Part shown: piece by piece, positions 39,155-49,126 of the stretch | Layout of the letters: each line of letters starts with the position of its first letter | Numbering within the stretch: the stretch's first letter is position 1 | From: an uncultured bacterium | Lineage (GTDB): Bacteria; SAR324; NAC60-12 | Direction: 5' to 3' | Assembly (NCBI GenBank): GCA_965662235.1 | Contig: CBFIGY010000016.1 | Coordinates: 8,782 to 72,781, forward strand | DNA: 64,000 nucleotides | Notes under the pieces: model-generated | Told to the model about the DNA's origin: nothing | Database searches by the model: none | What the model saw: only the letters and a program-made list of their open reading frames with translations | Made by a program: the position numbers and the translations under genes

Positions 39155-42100
39155 ATGACTCGTTTACAAAATCGTCTGACTCAACTGTTTGTGCTGCTTC
39201 TGCTAGGGGGTTCGCCTGCCTGTGTGAACGCCCAAACTGAGCCGACCACCCCTGGGCCCATGGTCGAGGCCTCTTCAGAAGCGGAAAGCTGGGACACGTC
39301 CCGGACACAGACCGAACAGCTCTACAGTGAAGGACGCCTGGAAGAGGCGCTTGCTGCGGCCAAGGAAACCGTTGCTGTGGCGGACCAGGTGTTTGGTCCC
39401 GCAGATGCTCGGACGCTGGAAAGCTTCCTCCTGCAGGCGCAAATCGAAAGCGACCTGGGCCTCTATGAAGAAGCGAACCAAACCTATCAGCAGACCATTG
39501 AACTGGCGCAGCAAGGCCCCGGGGTGGACGACCCGGTGACCCTGCACGCCGTTGACCGTTACGCCGACTTCCTGGCCTGGGTGGGAGACCTGGAGAATGC
39601 AGAAGCCCTGCAGCGTCAGGTTCTGGAACTTTCCTCTCAAGCCTTGGGTGCCGAAGCTCCCCAGACGCTGCTCCGGAAGCGCGCCTTGGCCCTGAACCTG
39701 ATGGACCAGGGACGCTTTCAGGAGGCTGATGTGCTGCTGACGGAAGCGTCCACGCAGCTGGAGCAGGTCCTGGGCGCCGAAGATCCAGACGTTCTGGAAA
39801 CCCAAGCCCACCACGTCCGCTTGTTTCTGCAGACGGGTCAGCTGGAAAAAGCTCGCAGCGAGGTGGAGCCTCTTTTGGAAAAGCAGCGGTTCCGGTATGG
39901 CGATGCTGCAATTCCGACCCTAGAATCCTTGGAAAACCTGGCCGAGATCCTGCGCCAGCAGGGGCAGTATGACGACGCTGAGCCACGCTTCCAGGAAATG
40001 ATCAATCTGGCGCAGACGGAGTTGGGTCCGGAAGACCCGTTGACGATTCAGGGCAAGAGTCACCTGGCTCAGCTCTACGAAGACACCGGACGCTTGGACG
40101 AAGCCCTGTTGCTCCACCAGCAGGTGTATGATGTCGAAGTCGCTCTGCTGGGCGCCGACCATCCGAATGTGGCGACGGATCTCAACAACATCGCCAGCGT
40201 CCAGCGTCGACTGGGCAACCTGGCAGAGGCGGAGCAGAACTTCCGGAGGGCCCTGCAGGTCATGCAGGATGTCTTGGGAACCGACTCCCCTCAGGCGATT
40301 TCTGTGGCCAACAACCTGGGGCTCCTGCTCGAAAATCAGGGCATCTACGACGAAGCGGAGCCACTTTATCAAAAGGCTCACGCCAGCGCAGAGGTTGTGC
40401 TGGGCAACGACCATCCCACCACCCTGGCTCTGGCCAACAACCTGGCCATGCTCTATGAGTCTCAGGGAGACTTTGAGCGGGCGGAACTGGCGTACAAGCA
40501 GGTCAATGACCAGAACGCGCAGATCCTGGGTCCGGAGCACCCGAGTACTCTGGCCGGGCTCAACAACCTGGGTTACCTCTACCTGAGGATGGAACGTCCA
40601 GAGGAGGCCCTGCCCCTGTTTCAGCAGGCCTACCGCCTCTGGGCCGCTTCTCTCGGGGAGACGCATCAAAACACTCTCAAGGCCCTCAACAACCTGGGAC
40701 GGGTGCAGATGCAGCTGGAGGACTTTGAGACGGCTGAAATGAACCTCCAGGCGGCCCTGGACGGTCGGCGAGAGATCTTTGGGGAACGACACCCTGACAC
40801 CCTCCGGAGCATGAACGACATGGGGGTGCTGCTGGGGAAGCTTGAACGGACCGATGAGGGCGTGGAGCTGCTGCAGCGAACCCTGGACCTAGAAAAAGAA
40901 GTGCTGGGTGAGGCTCACCCCTACACCTTTGAAACCCGCAACGCGCTCGCAGACCTCCTGGAGCAGTTGGGGCAACTGAACGATGCCTTTGAGATCCGTC
41001 GGGAAGGCTTTGCCGAGCGCAACACCTTCTTCGATCGGGTCCTCTGGGTGGCCGGTGACAACACCCGCAAGGGCTACATCAGCCTTCACAAGCCTGAGCA
41101 GGATGCCTACATCCGGAACCTGCTGCAGCTGGAAGACACCGAGCTGGCAGCCAAGGAACTTCTGAACGTCAGCCTGCAACGCAAGGGGCTGCTGCTGAAG
41201 ATCACCAGCGAAACGCAGCAGATCACCAAAATGGCCAACGATCCGAAGCTGGCGGAAACGGCTGGGAAGCTCCTGACCGCCCGGAAGGAACTGGCCTCGC
41301 TCACCCTCGCAGGGCCCACGCCGGAAAACAAGGACATCTTCCGGCAGCTGGTTCACAACTTGGAAGAGCAGGTCAACGACCTGCAGCTGCAGATCGGCGA
41401 ACAGAGCCTCCTCTTCCGGGAGTCCCGGCAATCGGTTTCTGCCGATCAGGTCCTTGAGTCACTTGGCGAGGTGGCGCTGGTGGACTTCCTCACTTACCGA
41501 GATGATCTGGGCGAGCCTTCCTTGGTGGCCATTGTCGCGTCAGAGGGCGGCCTGGAGTACTACGATTATGGCACCTCCGACTACCTCACCGACATGATCA
41601 TGGAGTACCGGGAAATCATCCAGGACTTCGGCATGGCAGATGAAGATGTCCGGCTAATGGGCTACGACGTGTGGGACGCCCTTTGGGCACCCCTGACGGA
41701 TGCGTTGGGCGCGAGTGAGGCGCTCTACCTCATTCCAGATGGCTCCCTGAACGTTCTGCCGTTTGACGCCCTGGTGGATGATAACGAGGAGTACCTCATT
41801 GAGTCGCTGGACCTCCGGCTGATCAGCTCAGCCCGGGACCTGGTTTTGGAGCCGCTGGAGCCGGTCCGAGGCGAAGTGGTCATTGTTGCGGGTCCGGACT
41901 ATGATACCGACCAGATCCTGCAGTCTCCGCAGGCACGGGCGGTTTCAGGCAAACGCTCCGGAAGCGTCGCTCAAGGAGTCCGCATGGGGTCGGGACTCCG
42001 GGGCCTGAGCTTTGACCCACTTCCTGGTGCCGAAAAAGAGGGCGCCATCATCGAGTCGGTTTCTCAGGAAAAAGCGCGAGAGGCCCTGATCTTCTCGAAA

Positions 42101-42688
42101 CAGGAAGGGGAGGAGCAACAGCTCCGAGCGCTGCCTGCGACTCCGGAGGTGCTTCACATTGCCACCCACGGCTTCTTCCTGAAAGAAGAGGAGCGGCTGG
42201 CACAACGGATTGCCGGGCTCAATCGTGGCGGCGCAAACCGGGTGCCGCCCCCGGGAGACAACCCTCTCCTTCGGGCAGGGTTGGCCTTTGCTGGCCTGAA
42301 CGCGAATGCGCCCTTGCTCGGTGAGATTGACACGGACAACGATGGCGTTCTGACCGCCATGGAGGTCCTTTCCCTAGACCTAGTTGGCACCCAGCTGGTG
42401 GTGCTGTCTGCCTGTGAAACCGGGCTGGGCGAGATCCACGATGGGGAAGGCGTCTATGGCCTGCGTCGCTCCTTCCAGGAAGCTGGAGTCCGTTCGGTCG
42501 TGAACTCCTTCTGGGAGGTCAGTGACGATGGCACCCAGCACCTGATGACGGAGTTTTACAACCGTTACCTCGAAGGGATGTCGCCACGAGATGCCCTCCG
42601 GGAGGCTCGCTTGGAGATGGTGAATGATCCACGCTGGAGTTCACCGTTCTACTGGTCGGCCTTTGCGCTGGTTGGACGCAACAGCTAA
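39155..42688 (+). CDS. TPR-repeat CHAT-domain (caspase-like) protease
   Basis: Signal-like N-terminus, many 42-aa TPR repeats (LG.EHP.T...NNL), CHAT dyad HIATHG / LSACETG, PFYWSAF. Confidence 0.93.
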   Translation: MTRLQNRLTQLFVLLLLGGSPACVNAQTEPTTPGPMVEASSEAESWDTSRTQTEQLYSEGRLEEALAAAKETVAVADQVFGPADARTLESFLLQAQIESDLGLYEEANQTYQQTIELAQQGPGVDDPVTLHAVDRYADFLAWVGDLENAEALQRQVLELSSQALGAEAPQTLLRKRALALNLMDQGRFQEADVLLTEASTQLEQVLGAEDPDVLETQAHHVRLFLQTGQLEKARSEVEPLLEKQRFRYGDAAIPTLESLENLAEILRQQGQYDDAEPRFQEMINLAQTELGPEDPLTIQGKSHLAQLYEDTGRLDEALLLHQQVYDVEVALLGADHPNVATDLNNIASVQRRLGNLAEAEQNFRRALQVMQDVLGTDSPQAISVANNLGLLLENQGIYDEAEPLYQKAHASAEVVLGNDHPTTLALANNLAMLYESQGDFERAELAYKQVNDQNAQILGPEHPSTLAGLNNLGYLYLRMERPEEALPLFQQAYRLWAASLGETHQNTLKALNNLGRVQMQLEDFETAEMNLQAALDGRREIFGERHPDTLRSMNDMGVLLGKLERTDEGVELLQRTLDLEKEVLGEAHPYTFETRNALADLLEQLGQLNDAFEIRREGFAERNTFFDRVLWVAGDNTRKGYISLHKPEQDAYIRNLLQLEDTELAAKELLNVSLQRKGLLLKITSETQQITKMANDPKLAETAGKLLTARKELASLTLAGPTPENKDIFRQLVHNLEEQVNDLQLQIGEQSLLFRESRQSVSADQVLESLGEVALVDFLTYRDDLGEPSLVAIVASEGGLEYYDYGTSDYLTDMIMEYREIIQDFGMADEDVRLMGYDVWDALWAPLTDALGASEALYLIPDGSLNVLPFDALVDDNEEYLIESLDLRLISSARDLVLEPLEPVRGEVVIVAGPDYDTDQILQSPQARAVSGKRSGSVAQGVRMGSGLRGLSFDPLPGAEKEGAIIESVSQEKAREALIFSKQEGEEQQLRALPATPEVLHIATHGFFLKEEERLAQRIAGLNRGGANRVPPPGDNPLLRAGLAFAGLNANAPLLGEIDTDNDGVLTAMEVLSLDLVGTQLVVLSACETGLGEIHDGEGVYGLRRSFQEAGVRSVVNSFWEVSDDGTQHLMTEFYNRYLEGMSPRDALREARLEMVNDPRWSSPFYWSAFALVGRNS

Positions 42689-42721
42689 GGACACCGTCTG
42701 AGAACTGCACTTCTGGGGCGC

Positions 42722-43579
42722 TTGCTCCAGCCCATGTGGAGCCTGCACCTCGCCATTTTGGGGTTTGGACTGACCGGACTCTTTGGAAAGTGGCTGCCCT
42801 ACTCCCCGGTGATGATTACCGCCGGGCGTGCCGGGTTTGGCGCCCTCACGCTGCTGGGAATCCTCTTGTGGCGTCGGGAGCGGCTTTGGGTCCCCTGGCG
42901 AGATGCTGCCTGGCTGGCCCTGACAGGGGCGGTTTTGGCCGGACACTGGATCACGTTTTTTCACAGCATCCAGGTGTCGTCCGTGGCCATTGGGCTCATG
43001 GCCTTCTCCAGCTCCCCGGTCTTTACCGTGCTGGTGGAGCCCTGGGTCTTCCGGGAACGGCTGCGTCCCGTGGTGCTGGCGGCAGTAGGGGTCGTGGTGC
43101 TGGGGCTGGTGCTCATTGCCACCTCGGGAGAGTCACTGAGCTGGGAGTCTCAAACCCTGAAAGGCGTCGCCTGGGGACTGGTCGCGGGCATGCTTCATGG
43201 GTTCCTGGGCATCCTCAATCGGCTGCACGTTCGCTCGCACTCGGCGCTGCGGGTGGGCTTCATTCAAGACGGAGTGGCGGCGCTGCTGCTGCTGCCCTTT
43301 GCCGTTCACACCTTCGCCGTCCTGACGGCAACGGACTGGTTGCTGGTCCTGCTGCTGGGCACGGTTCTGACCGCGGGCGCCCACGGGTTGCTCATTCATG
43401 TCCTGAAGTTCATCCAGGCTCAGGTCGCCAACCTCATGGTCGCGGGCCTAGAGCCCGTTTATGGCATTTTACTGGCCTTGGTGCTGCTGGGCGAGGTCCC
43501 GGTGCCTCAGGCACTGCTGGGAGGCGGACTGATCATTGCCTCCACGCTGTACATCACCCTTCATCCCTCCGGGGATTAA
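42722..43579 (+). CDS. EamA/DMT family transporter
   Basis: About 10 TM segments, HWITFFHSIQVSSVA, LEPVYGILLA. Confidence 0.88.
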   Translation: MLQPMWSLHLAILGFGLTGLFGKWLPYSPVMITAGRAGFGALTLLGILLWRRERLWVPWRDAAWLALTGAVLAGHWITFFHSIQVSSVAIGLMAFSSSPVFTVLVEPWVFRERLRPVVLAAVGVVVLGLVLIATSGESLSWESQTLKGVAWGLVAGMLHGFLGILNRLHVRSHSALRVGFIQDGVAALLLLPFAVHTFAVLTATDWLLVLLLGTVLTAGAHGLLIHVLKFIQAQVANLMVAGLEPVYGILLALVLLGEVPVPQALLGGGLIIASTLYITLHPSGD

Positions 43580-43600
43580 TCTTCCTTGTTCATCACGCTC

Positions 43601-45778
43601 ATGCCTGCAGATCCCAACCCGCCTCGCGAGGACGCGGAGCCCAAACTCGAGCCCCTCGAAGACAGCCGTCCCCGTCGCATCCGCAAGCGAGAGGAGGCCC
43701 GCTCCACTCCGGAACGCAAACGCCCTCGCTCGCACCCGGAAAACGTCTGGCCCCGGAAGGCTGATGAACGCCGGAACCGTCAGGACCACGAGCGCTTCAG
43801 TGAACTGGCTTCCAGCGACCAGCTCTATGACCGGAGCAAGCCCCGGAGCTATCAGGACCGCTGGCAGGACCGCGATCGGCAGCAAGACCGCCTCCATGAG
43901 CGCCGCTCCTCAGGAGGGCGCCGGGATCGAGACGCCGGGCCAGGCCGGGACCGTCGCTTTGACCGCGACCGTCCTCCGCGTGATCGAGAAGGCGCTCCGC
44001 GACGAGGGAACCGCGCCGAAGGTGAGAACCGCTCGGATGCGCGCCCGCGTCGTGAATTCCGGGACACCTCGCGTCCCCGTCCTCCCCGTGAAGACCGGTC
44101 TCGCTATGAGGACCGCCCTCGTCGAGAGGACCGCCCTCGTTTCGAAGACCGCCCTCGTCGAGAGGATCGCCCCCGCTATGAGGACCGCTCCCGTCGAGAG
44201 GATCGCCCCCGCTATGAAGACCGCCCTCGTCGAGAAGACCGTTCCCGTCGAGACGACCGCCCTCGTCGAGAGGATCGCCCCCGCTATGAGGACCGCTCCC
44301 GTCGAGAGGATCGCCCCCGCTATGAGGACCGTTCTCGTCGAGAGGATCGTCCGCGTCGAGAGGATCGCCCTCGTCGAGAGGATCGCCCCCGCTATGAAGA
44401 CCGCCCTCGTCGAGAGGATCGCCCTCGCTATGAAGACCGCCCTCGTCGAGAAGACCGTCCGGAATCCCGAGAACGTTCGCGTCCTCCGCAGGCTGGCCCT
44501 CGATTTGAGCGGGTGGACCTTCCGGAAGAGCGACTTCGTCCGGGACCTCCGACCGCTTTGGAGAACAAGGGAAAGCGTCGGGCGGCGACTCAGAAGTCGA
44601 TCAAGGAGCGCCTCCGGGGACCGAATGCGGAAGGGTTGCTGGAGGCCCTGAAGGTTCCTCCTCGTGGCAACTCGCTGCGTCAGTGGACCCATGGGTTTCA
44701 CACCTACCCGGGACGGTTTCATCCGCACCTGCCCAGAACCTTGCTGCAGGAGCTGTCTCCGGAAACGCACCCGGTGGTGCTGGATCCCTTCATGGGCGGA
44801 GGCACGGTCTTGGTGGAAGCGTTGCTGCGGGGACACGAGGCGGTGGGAAACGACCTGAACCCGATTGCCCTGATGGTGGCACGTGAGCGAACCCGCTGGA
44901 TGTCGCGACGCAACTCGGAACGCGTCTGGGGCGCGTTGGAGGAAACCCGGGATCGCGTTGAAGACCGGATGGAGGAAAAACGCCCGCTTCGTCGGCCCTA
45001 CACGGATCTGCTCAAGCCGCATCACCCGCCGCACTTGTTTGTGGAACTGCTGCACTGGATTGAAGCGATTGACGCCCTTCCGGAGTCTTCTGAACGTGAG
45101 ACGCTGCGGGCGGTGTTCTCGAGCCTGGTGATCAAGTTCTCCACCCGCAAGGCCGACACCTCGTTGGAGACCAAAGACGCCGCCTATCCCAAAGGCTCTG
45201 TGGGACGCTGGATGATGGCCAAGACCCAGGAGCTGCTGGGATTCCAGATGGCGTTGGGGGAGGCGTTGCGTGAGAAGAAGCGTCCGCAGCTGTTCAATGA
45301 GAACGTCCGGGAGCTCCCATCGCTGCCGAACAATTCGGTGGATGTGATCATCACCAGTCCGCCTTATCCGGGAACCTATGACTACTTCTTGCATCACGAA
45401 CTCCGGATGCTCTGGCTGGGTCTGACCACGGGGCCGATGAAGCAAGGAGAGCTTGGTGCCAAGCGCAACTTTACTCCCAAGCAGTGGAAGCAGGTGTTCC
45501 GGGAATTCATGACCGTGTTGCACCACCGGACGGTGCCAAATGGCCGCTGCTACCTGGTGCTGGGAGACTGGCTGGACCGTTCGGAACGGATCAGCGGCAT
45601 GGAGTTCCTCCGTCAGTATGGTCCGAGTACCGGATGGGAGGTGGAAAGTGGCGCCTCGGTGAAGCGAGAGCTGTTTGAGGAGGAACTGATTGAGGCGTTT
45701 GGCGAAGCTGGACGCTGGGAGCACCTCATCTTGTTGAGAAACCGCAAGAGCACTCCGGAGCCTGATCCGGCTTCCTGA
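43601..45778 (+). CDS. Amino-type (N4-C-like) DNA methyltransferase with long R/D/E-rich N-terminal extension
   Basis: THGFHTYPGRF, motif I VLDPFMGGGT, DLNP, motif IV TSPPY. Confidence 0.75.
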   Translation: MPADPNPPREDAEPKLEPLEDSRPRRIRKREEARSTPERKRPRSHPENVWPRKADERRNRQDHERFSELASSDQLYDRSKPRSYQDRWQDRDRQQDRLHERRSSGGRRDRDAGPGRDRRFDRDRPPRDREGAPRRGNRAEGENRSDARPRREFRDTSRPRPPREDRSRYEDRPRREDRPRFEDRPRREDRPRYEDRSRREDRPRYEDRPRREDRSRRDDRPRREDRPRYEDRSRREDRPRYEDRSRREDRPRREDRPRREDRPRYEDRPRREDRPRYEDRPRREDRPESRERSRPPQAGPRFERVDLPEERLRPGPPTALENKGKRRAATQKSIKERLRGPNAEGLLEALKVPPRGNSLRQWTHGFHTYPGRFHPHLPRTLLQELSPETHPVVLDPFMGGGTVLVEALLRGHEAVGNDLNPIALMVARERTRWMSRRNSERVWGALEETRDRVEDRMEEKRPLRRPYTDLLKPHHPPHLFVELLHWIEAIDALPESSERETLRAVFSSLVIKFSTRKADTSLETKDAAYPKGSVGRWMMAKTQELLGFQMALGEALREKKRPQLFNENVRELPSLPNNSVDVIITSPPYPGTYDYFLHHELRMLWLGLTTGPMKQGELGAKRNFTPKQWKQVFREFMTVLHHRTVPNGRCYLVLGDWLDRSERISGMEFLRQYGPSTGWEVESGASVKRELFEEELIEAFGEAGRWEHLILLRNRKSTPEPDPAS
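44087..44464 (+). repeat. In-frame 18-bp tandem repeat, 21 units encoding (R/Y/F)(E/D)DR(P/S)R
   Basis: Units such as CGAGAGGATCGCCCCCGC and TATGAGGACCGCCCTCGT, read directly from the sequence. Confidence 0.95.
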
Positions 45779-45847
45779 ATCCCCTGTTTTCTTCTGCTGT
45801 AGGCTCCTTGGAGGAAGGAGCCTGAACCCTCTGCCCAAAGGTAGTTT

Positions 45848-47119
45848 ATGAACCGAGGTTCCCTGAAAAAAGAATCCCGCGTCTGGTTTGACCGCGCCCT
45901 GATTGGCATGATCCTCGCGGATGGTCAGGTGGTGGAGCCGGAAAAGAGGCTGTTGGACCAGATGATCCGTCAGGATGATCCGGAACGTGAACTGAGCGAA
46001 TGGGAGTACCTCCGGCGCTGTCTTGACTCGCGGAAGATTCCTGAGCTGCCGAAACTGGTGCTTGATGAAGAGACGGCGTGGGACCTGCTGCGGATGCTGG
46101 CCCTGGTGGCCGTGAGTGACTTCGACCTCGACATGCGTGAGGAGATGTACCTCTTTCAACTCGGCGAGAAGCTTGGGTTTTCTCAGGCGATGACCCGCTA
46201 CACCCTGCAGTGGGCGTTGAGCATGACCGGGCTCCGGCACCCCTCTGCTCAACAGGGGGAGACGCGACCGCATGACGGAGGCGAGTCTCCACAACTGATT
46301 GCGGTGCTGTGGCGCATGGCCCCCGCGTTACGGGTTTCGGACCTACTGAAGCAGGCGGCGCGCTTTCTGAAAGCAGCCAAGGCCTACTCGCCGGACCTGG
46401 TGGTGTTTCCGGACTTCTTCAGTGACGCCTTCCTCCGGCGCCTGAACACCCTTTCAGACGAAGAACGGCAGGTGCTGCTCGGTCGTAGCCTGACGCAGGT
46501 TCGGGAGCACCTGACGACCTGGGCGGAGCAGGAAAACCTCAACATCTATGCAGGGAACCTACAGGTCCGGGAGTGGAAGAGTTACTTTGACCTGATGGTG
46601 CTGTGCCGCCGAGATGGCTCCTGGGAGGAGCGGGTGCACACCTGCATTGCGGCTCGTGACGGACTCATCTGGCAGCCAGAGAGCGCCGTCCATGTCCTCC
46701 GGACTGACCTAGGACGCATTGGGGTGCTTTCGCATCATCCGGAAGGCGCCAGCCCGCAGCAGGTGGTTGTGGACCGCGACCTGGACCTCCTGCTCGTGCC
46801 GCACTGGCCCAGCGGTGACCAGGAAGACAGCGTTCCTGTGCTGAACCCCAGCAAGCAGTTCTATTCCGTTCTCTCTGGACAGATGCCAGACGAAAAGCAC
46901 CGCTTTTCCACCGAGCATCCCGAGGTCGCCCTCTTCACAGAAACCGACGCGGTGTTCCCGCACCTGCAGCCTCCGAGGAATGAACGTGAGGCGGAACTTT
47001 GTGCCAACCTGGACCTAGACCTCCTGCGTCAGTACCAGCACCACCAGGAGCTTCCTGTGGAGAACGTTTCAGACCAGGTCCACTTTTACCGTGTCAACTG
47101 GCTCGCCCGCCGTTCCTGA
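45848..47119 (+). CDS. TerB-like domain fused to a degenerate carbon-nitrogen hydrolase (nitrilase) domain
   Basis: ILADGQVVEPE / VAVSDFDLDMRE; PDLVVFPDFF, TDLGRIGVL, DLLLVP, NLDLDLL. Confidence 0.6.
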   Translation: MNRGSLKKESRVWFDRALIGMILADGQVVEPEKRLLDQMIRQDDPERELSEWEYLRRCLDSRKIPELPKLVLDEETAWDLLRMLALVAVSDFDLDMREEMYLFQLGEKLGFSQAMTRYTLQWALSMTGLRHPSAQQGETRPHDGGESPQLIAVLWRMAPALRVSDLLKQAARFLKAAKAYSPDLVVFPDFFSDAFLRRLNTLSDEERQVLLGRSLTQVREHLTTWAEQENLNIYAGNLQVREWKSYFDLMVLCRRDGSWEERVHTCIAARDGLIWQPESAVHVLRTDLGRIGVLSHHPEGASPQQVVVDRDLDLLLVPHWPSGDQEDSVPVLNPSKQFYSVLSGQMPDEKHRFSTEHPEVALFTETDAVFPHLQPPRNEREAELCANLDLDLLRQYQHHQELPVENVSDQVHFYRVNWLARRS

Positions 47120-47204
47120 GCCCGGGCGCCTTGCTTGACTTTCCAGACGGTTGTCGCAGAATGACTCTCTTTTGTGTCCTGAAATTGTTTACGGATCTGC
47201 ACCC

Positions 47205-47969
47205 ATGACCACCATTCACCCGACTGCCATCATTGAGGACGGGGCCCAAATTGGCGAGGGCTCCGAAATTGGCCCCTACTGCCACATTGGCCCCCAAGTG
47301 ACCCTGGGACCCGGCAACCGCCTGCACTCGCATGTGGTCCTCAGTGGCCTCACCTCCATTGGTCCCAACAATGAGTTCTACCCCTTCGCCTGCATGGGCG
47401 CCGCGCCGCAGGACCTCAAGTACAAGGGGGAAGACACCCGGACGGAAATTGGCGAGGGCAACGTCTTTCGGGAATGCGTCACGGTGCACCGCGGGACCGT
47501 CCAAGGCGGAGGCCTGACGCGTCTGGGAAGCCACGGGCTCTACATGGGCTATGTCCACGTGGCTCACGACTGCCGGGTCGGGGACCATGTCATCTTGGCC
47601 AACTACACAGGCCTCAGTGGACACGTCGTTCTGGGGAACTACGTGACCCTTGGCGGACAAAACGGCGTCGCCCAGTTTCTGCGGGTCGGGGACTACGTCT
47701 ACACGGGCGCAGGCTCCTTGATTGACCGGGACATTCCCCCGTATACCACCGGATGGGGCAACCGCTTTGAGGTCAAGGGCGTGAACATCGTGGGGCTCAA
47801 GCGTCGCGGTTTCGACAACACGGCCATCCGGGACATTCTGGAAGCCCACCGCATCTACTTCCGGGCGGACCGCAAGCACGATGAAGCGTTGAAGATCCTA
47901 GAGGAAACCTTTGGGGACCAGCCGGAGATTCGCCGCTTCCTCGACTTTCTGGCGAAAAACGACCACTAG
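47205..47969 (+). CDS. lpxA: UDP-N-acetylglucosamine acyltransferase LpxA
   Basis: IHPTAII, hexapeptide repeats, PQDLKYKGE, TVHRGT, HVAHDC, NIVGLKRRGF. Confidence 0.95.
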   Translation: MTTIHPTAIIEDGAQIGEGSEIGPYCHIGPQVTLGPGNRLHSHVVLSGLTSIGPNNEFYPFACMGAAPQDLKYKGEDTRTEIGEGNVFRECVTVHRGTVQGGGLTRLGSHGLYMGYVHVAHDCRVGDHVILANYTGLSGHVVLGNYVTLGGQNGVAQFLRVGDYVYTGAGSLIDRDIPPYTTGWGNRFEVKGVNIVGLKRRGFDNTAIRDILEAHRIYFRADRKHDEALKILEETFGDQPEIRRFLDFLAKNDH

Positions 47970-47994
47970 CTGAACTGCGGCGGAGGAGACACGC

Positions 47995-49062
47995 ATGGGC
48001 ACCTTGGTCAAACGGTTGGAAGAGCAGCTCAAGCGCTACTGGATCGAACAGGAGACGCTGAAGACGTGGCGGGAGTGGGCGGAGCTGATCCGCAACGCCG
48101 GATGCGACATCGCATTGCCGTGTCCAGAAACCATTTCCGAATCCAAACGCCTGAGCTACATGGAATGGCTCCGGCACAGCGAATCGGCTTTTGAGCCGTA
48201 TCCGGATTGGAGCATGCGGGTGACGAACCCGTCATGGCTGCATCGGTTCGACCTCAACCTGGTACCTCAGTCGCTCCGGGACAGTCCGAACACCAACAGC
48301 AATCCACTGGCTGACCTAGGGAACCTGCAGGTGGAGCTGGCGCGCCTGATCGACCAGATTCACGTGGTGCAGCAGAACATTGGTGGCGGTTCTCGGGCAC
48401 CCAGTCCACCGGGCTTCAGCCGTCCCATGCCGCTTCCGGAGTTCGACCGTCCCAGTGCCGCGCCAGTGCTTTCGACCCAGTCTCTGGAAACGGAGCTGCG
48501 CATCAAGAACTCCATGAACAAGCCTGCGGCGCCGCCGCCTCCGGTGGTGGAGGACGTTCATGAGCCCGAGCTGGTTCCGCTGCGAGAGGCCTACCTTTCC
48601 TTCAATGCCTGGTGTGCGCAGTTTGAGGAACTGCACATTCACCTGCAGGAACTCGTGGACGACCCGCTCCTGGTCCGCAGTGGCCACACCATTTCCTTCC
48701 GGCAGTTCATGCACCGCCTGGGGCGACGGGTGGAGGGCACGGAGCGGCAGGCGCAGATGGAACGCTACTTCAAAACCTTTGAGCGCATGCGGGGGCAGGG
48801 GGTGGATGTGAACCTGCCAGAGCCCGTGCTTCCGGAGCCAAGGAAAGAAGGTTTTGAAGCTCCCCCGGATTCAGAGTATCGTGATTTCAACAGCTGGCTG
48901 GTTTGGCTGCGGGAGCAGGGATACGATCCCTCCGAATTTGCATCTCGGCCCCTGGAGGTGCCCAGCAGCCACCGCATCTCCTTTCCTCAGTTCTGTCGAC
49001 GCCTGGAGCGACGCCTAGATCAGCCGGAGGCGTTCCGGCAGAAGCTGAACCTCGACAACTGA
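47995..49062 (+). CDS. Hypothetical protein with three copies of a ~45-aa module
   Basis: RBS GGAGGAG; internal repeats visible by eye; no family recognised. Confidence 0.75.
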   Translation: MGTLVKRLEEQLKRYWIEQETLKTWREWAELIRNAGCDIALPCPETISESKRLSYMEWLRHSESAFEPYPDWSMRVTNPSWLHRFDLNLVPQSLRDSPNTNSNPLADLGNLQVELARLIDQIHVVQQNIGGGSRAPSPPGFSRPMPLPEFDRPSAAPVLSTQSLETELRIKNSMNKPAAPPPPVVEDVHEPELVPLREAYLSFNAWCAQFEELHIHLQELVDDPLLVRSGHTISFRQFMHRLGRRVEGTERQAQMERYFKTFERMRGQGVDVNLPEPVLPEPRKEGFEAPPDSEYRDFNSWLVWLREQGYDPSEFASRPLEVPSSHRISFPQFCRRLERRLDQPEAFRQKLNLDN

Positions 49063-49126
49063 GCCCTCTTTTTCAGAAACAGGCTGAAGGCCTGATGGCA
49101 ATCCTTACTTGACGAAACAAACTCCC

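Noticed and set aside
44087..44464. Repeat array as a possible CRISPR
   Set aside because: Contiguous in-frame 18-bp units without unique spacers; no cas genes.
43910..46294. 794-aa minus-strand ORF, and the alternative-frame ORF 43536-44651
   Set aside because: Shadow frames of the MTase, its repeat and the TerB fusion; no motifs; the repeat removes stop codons.
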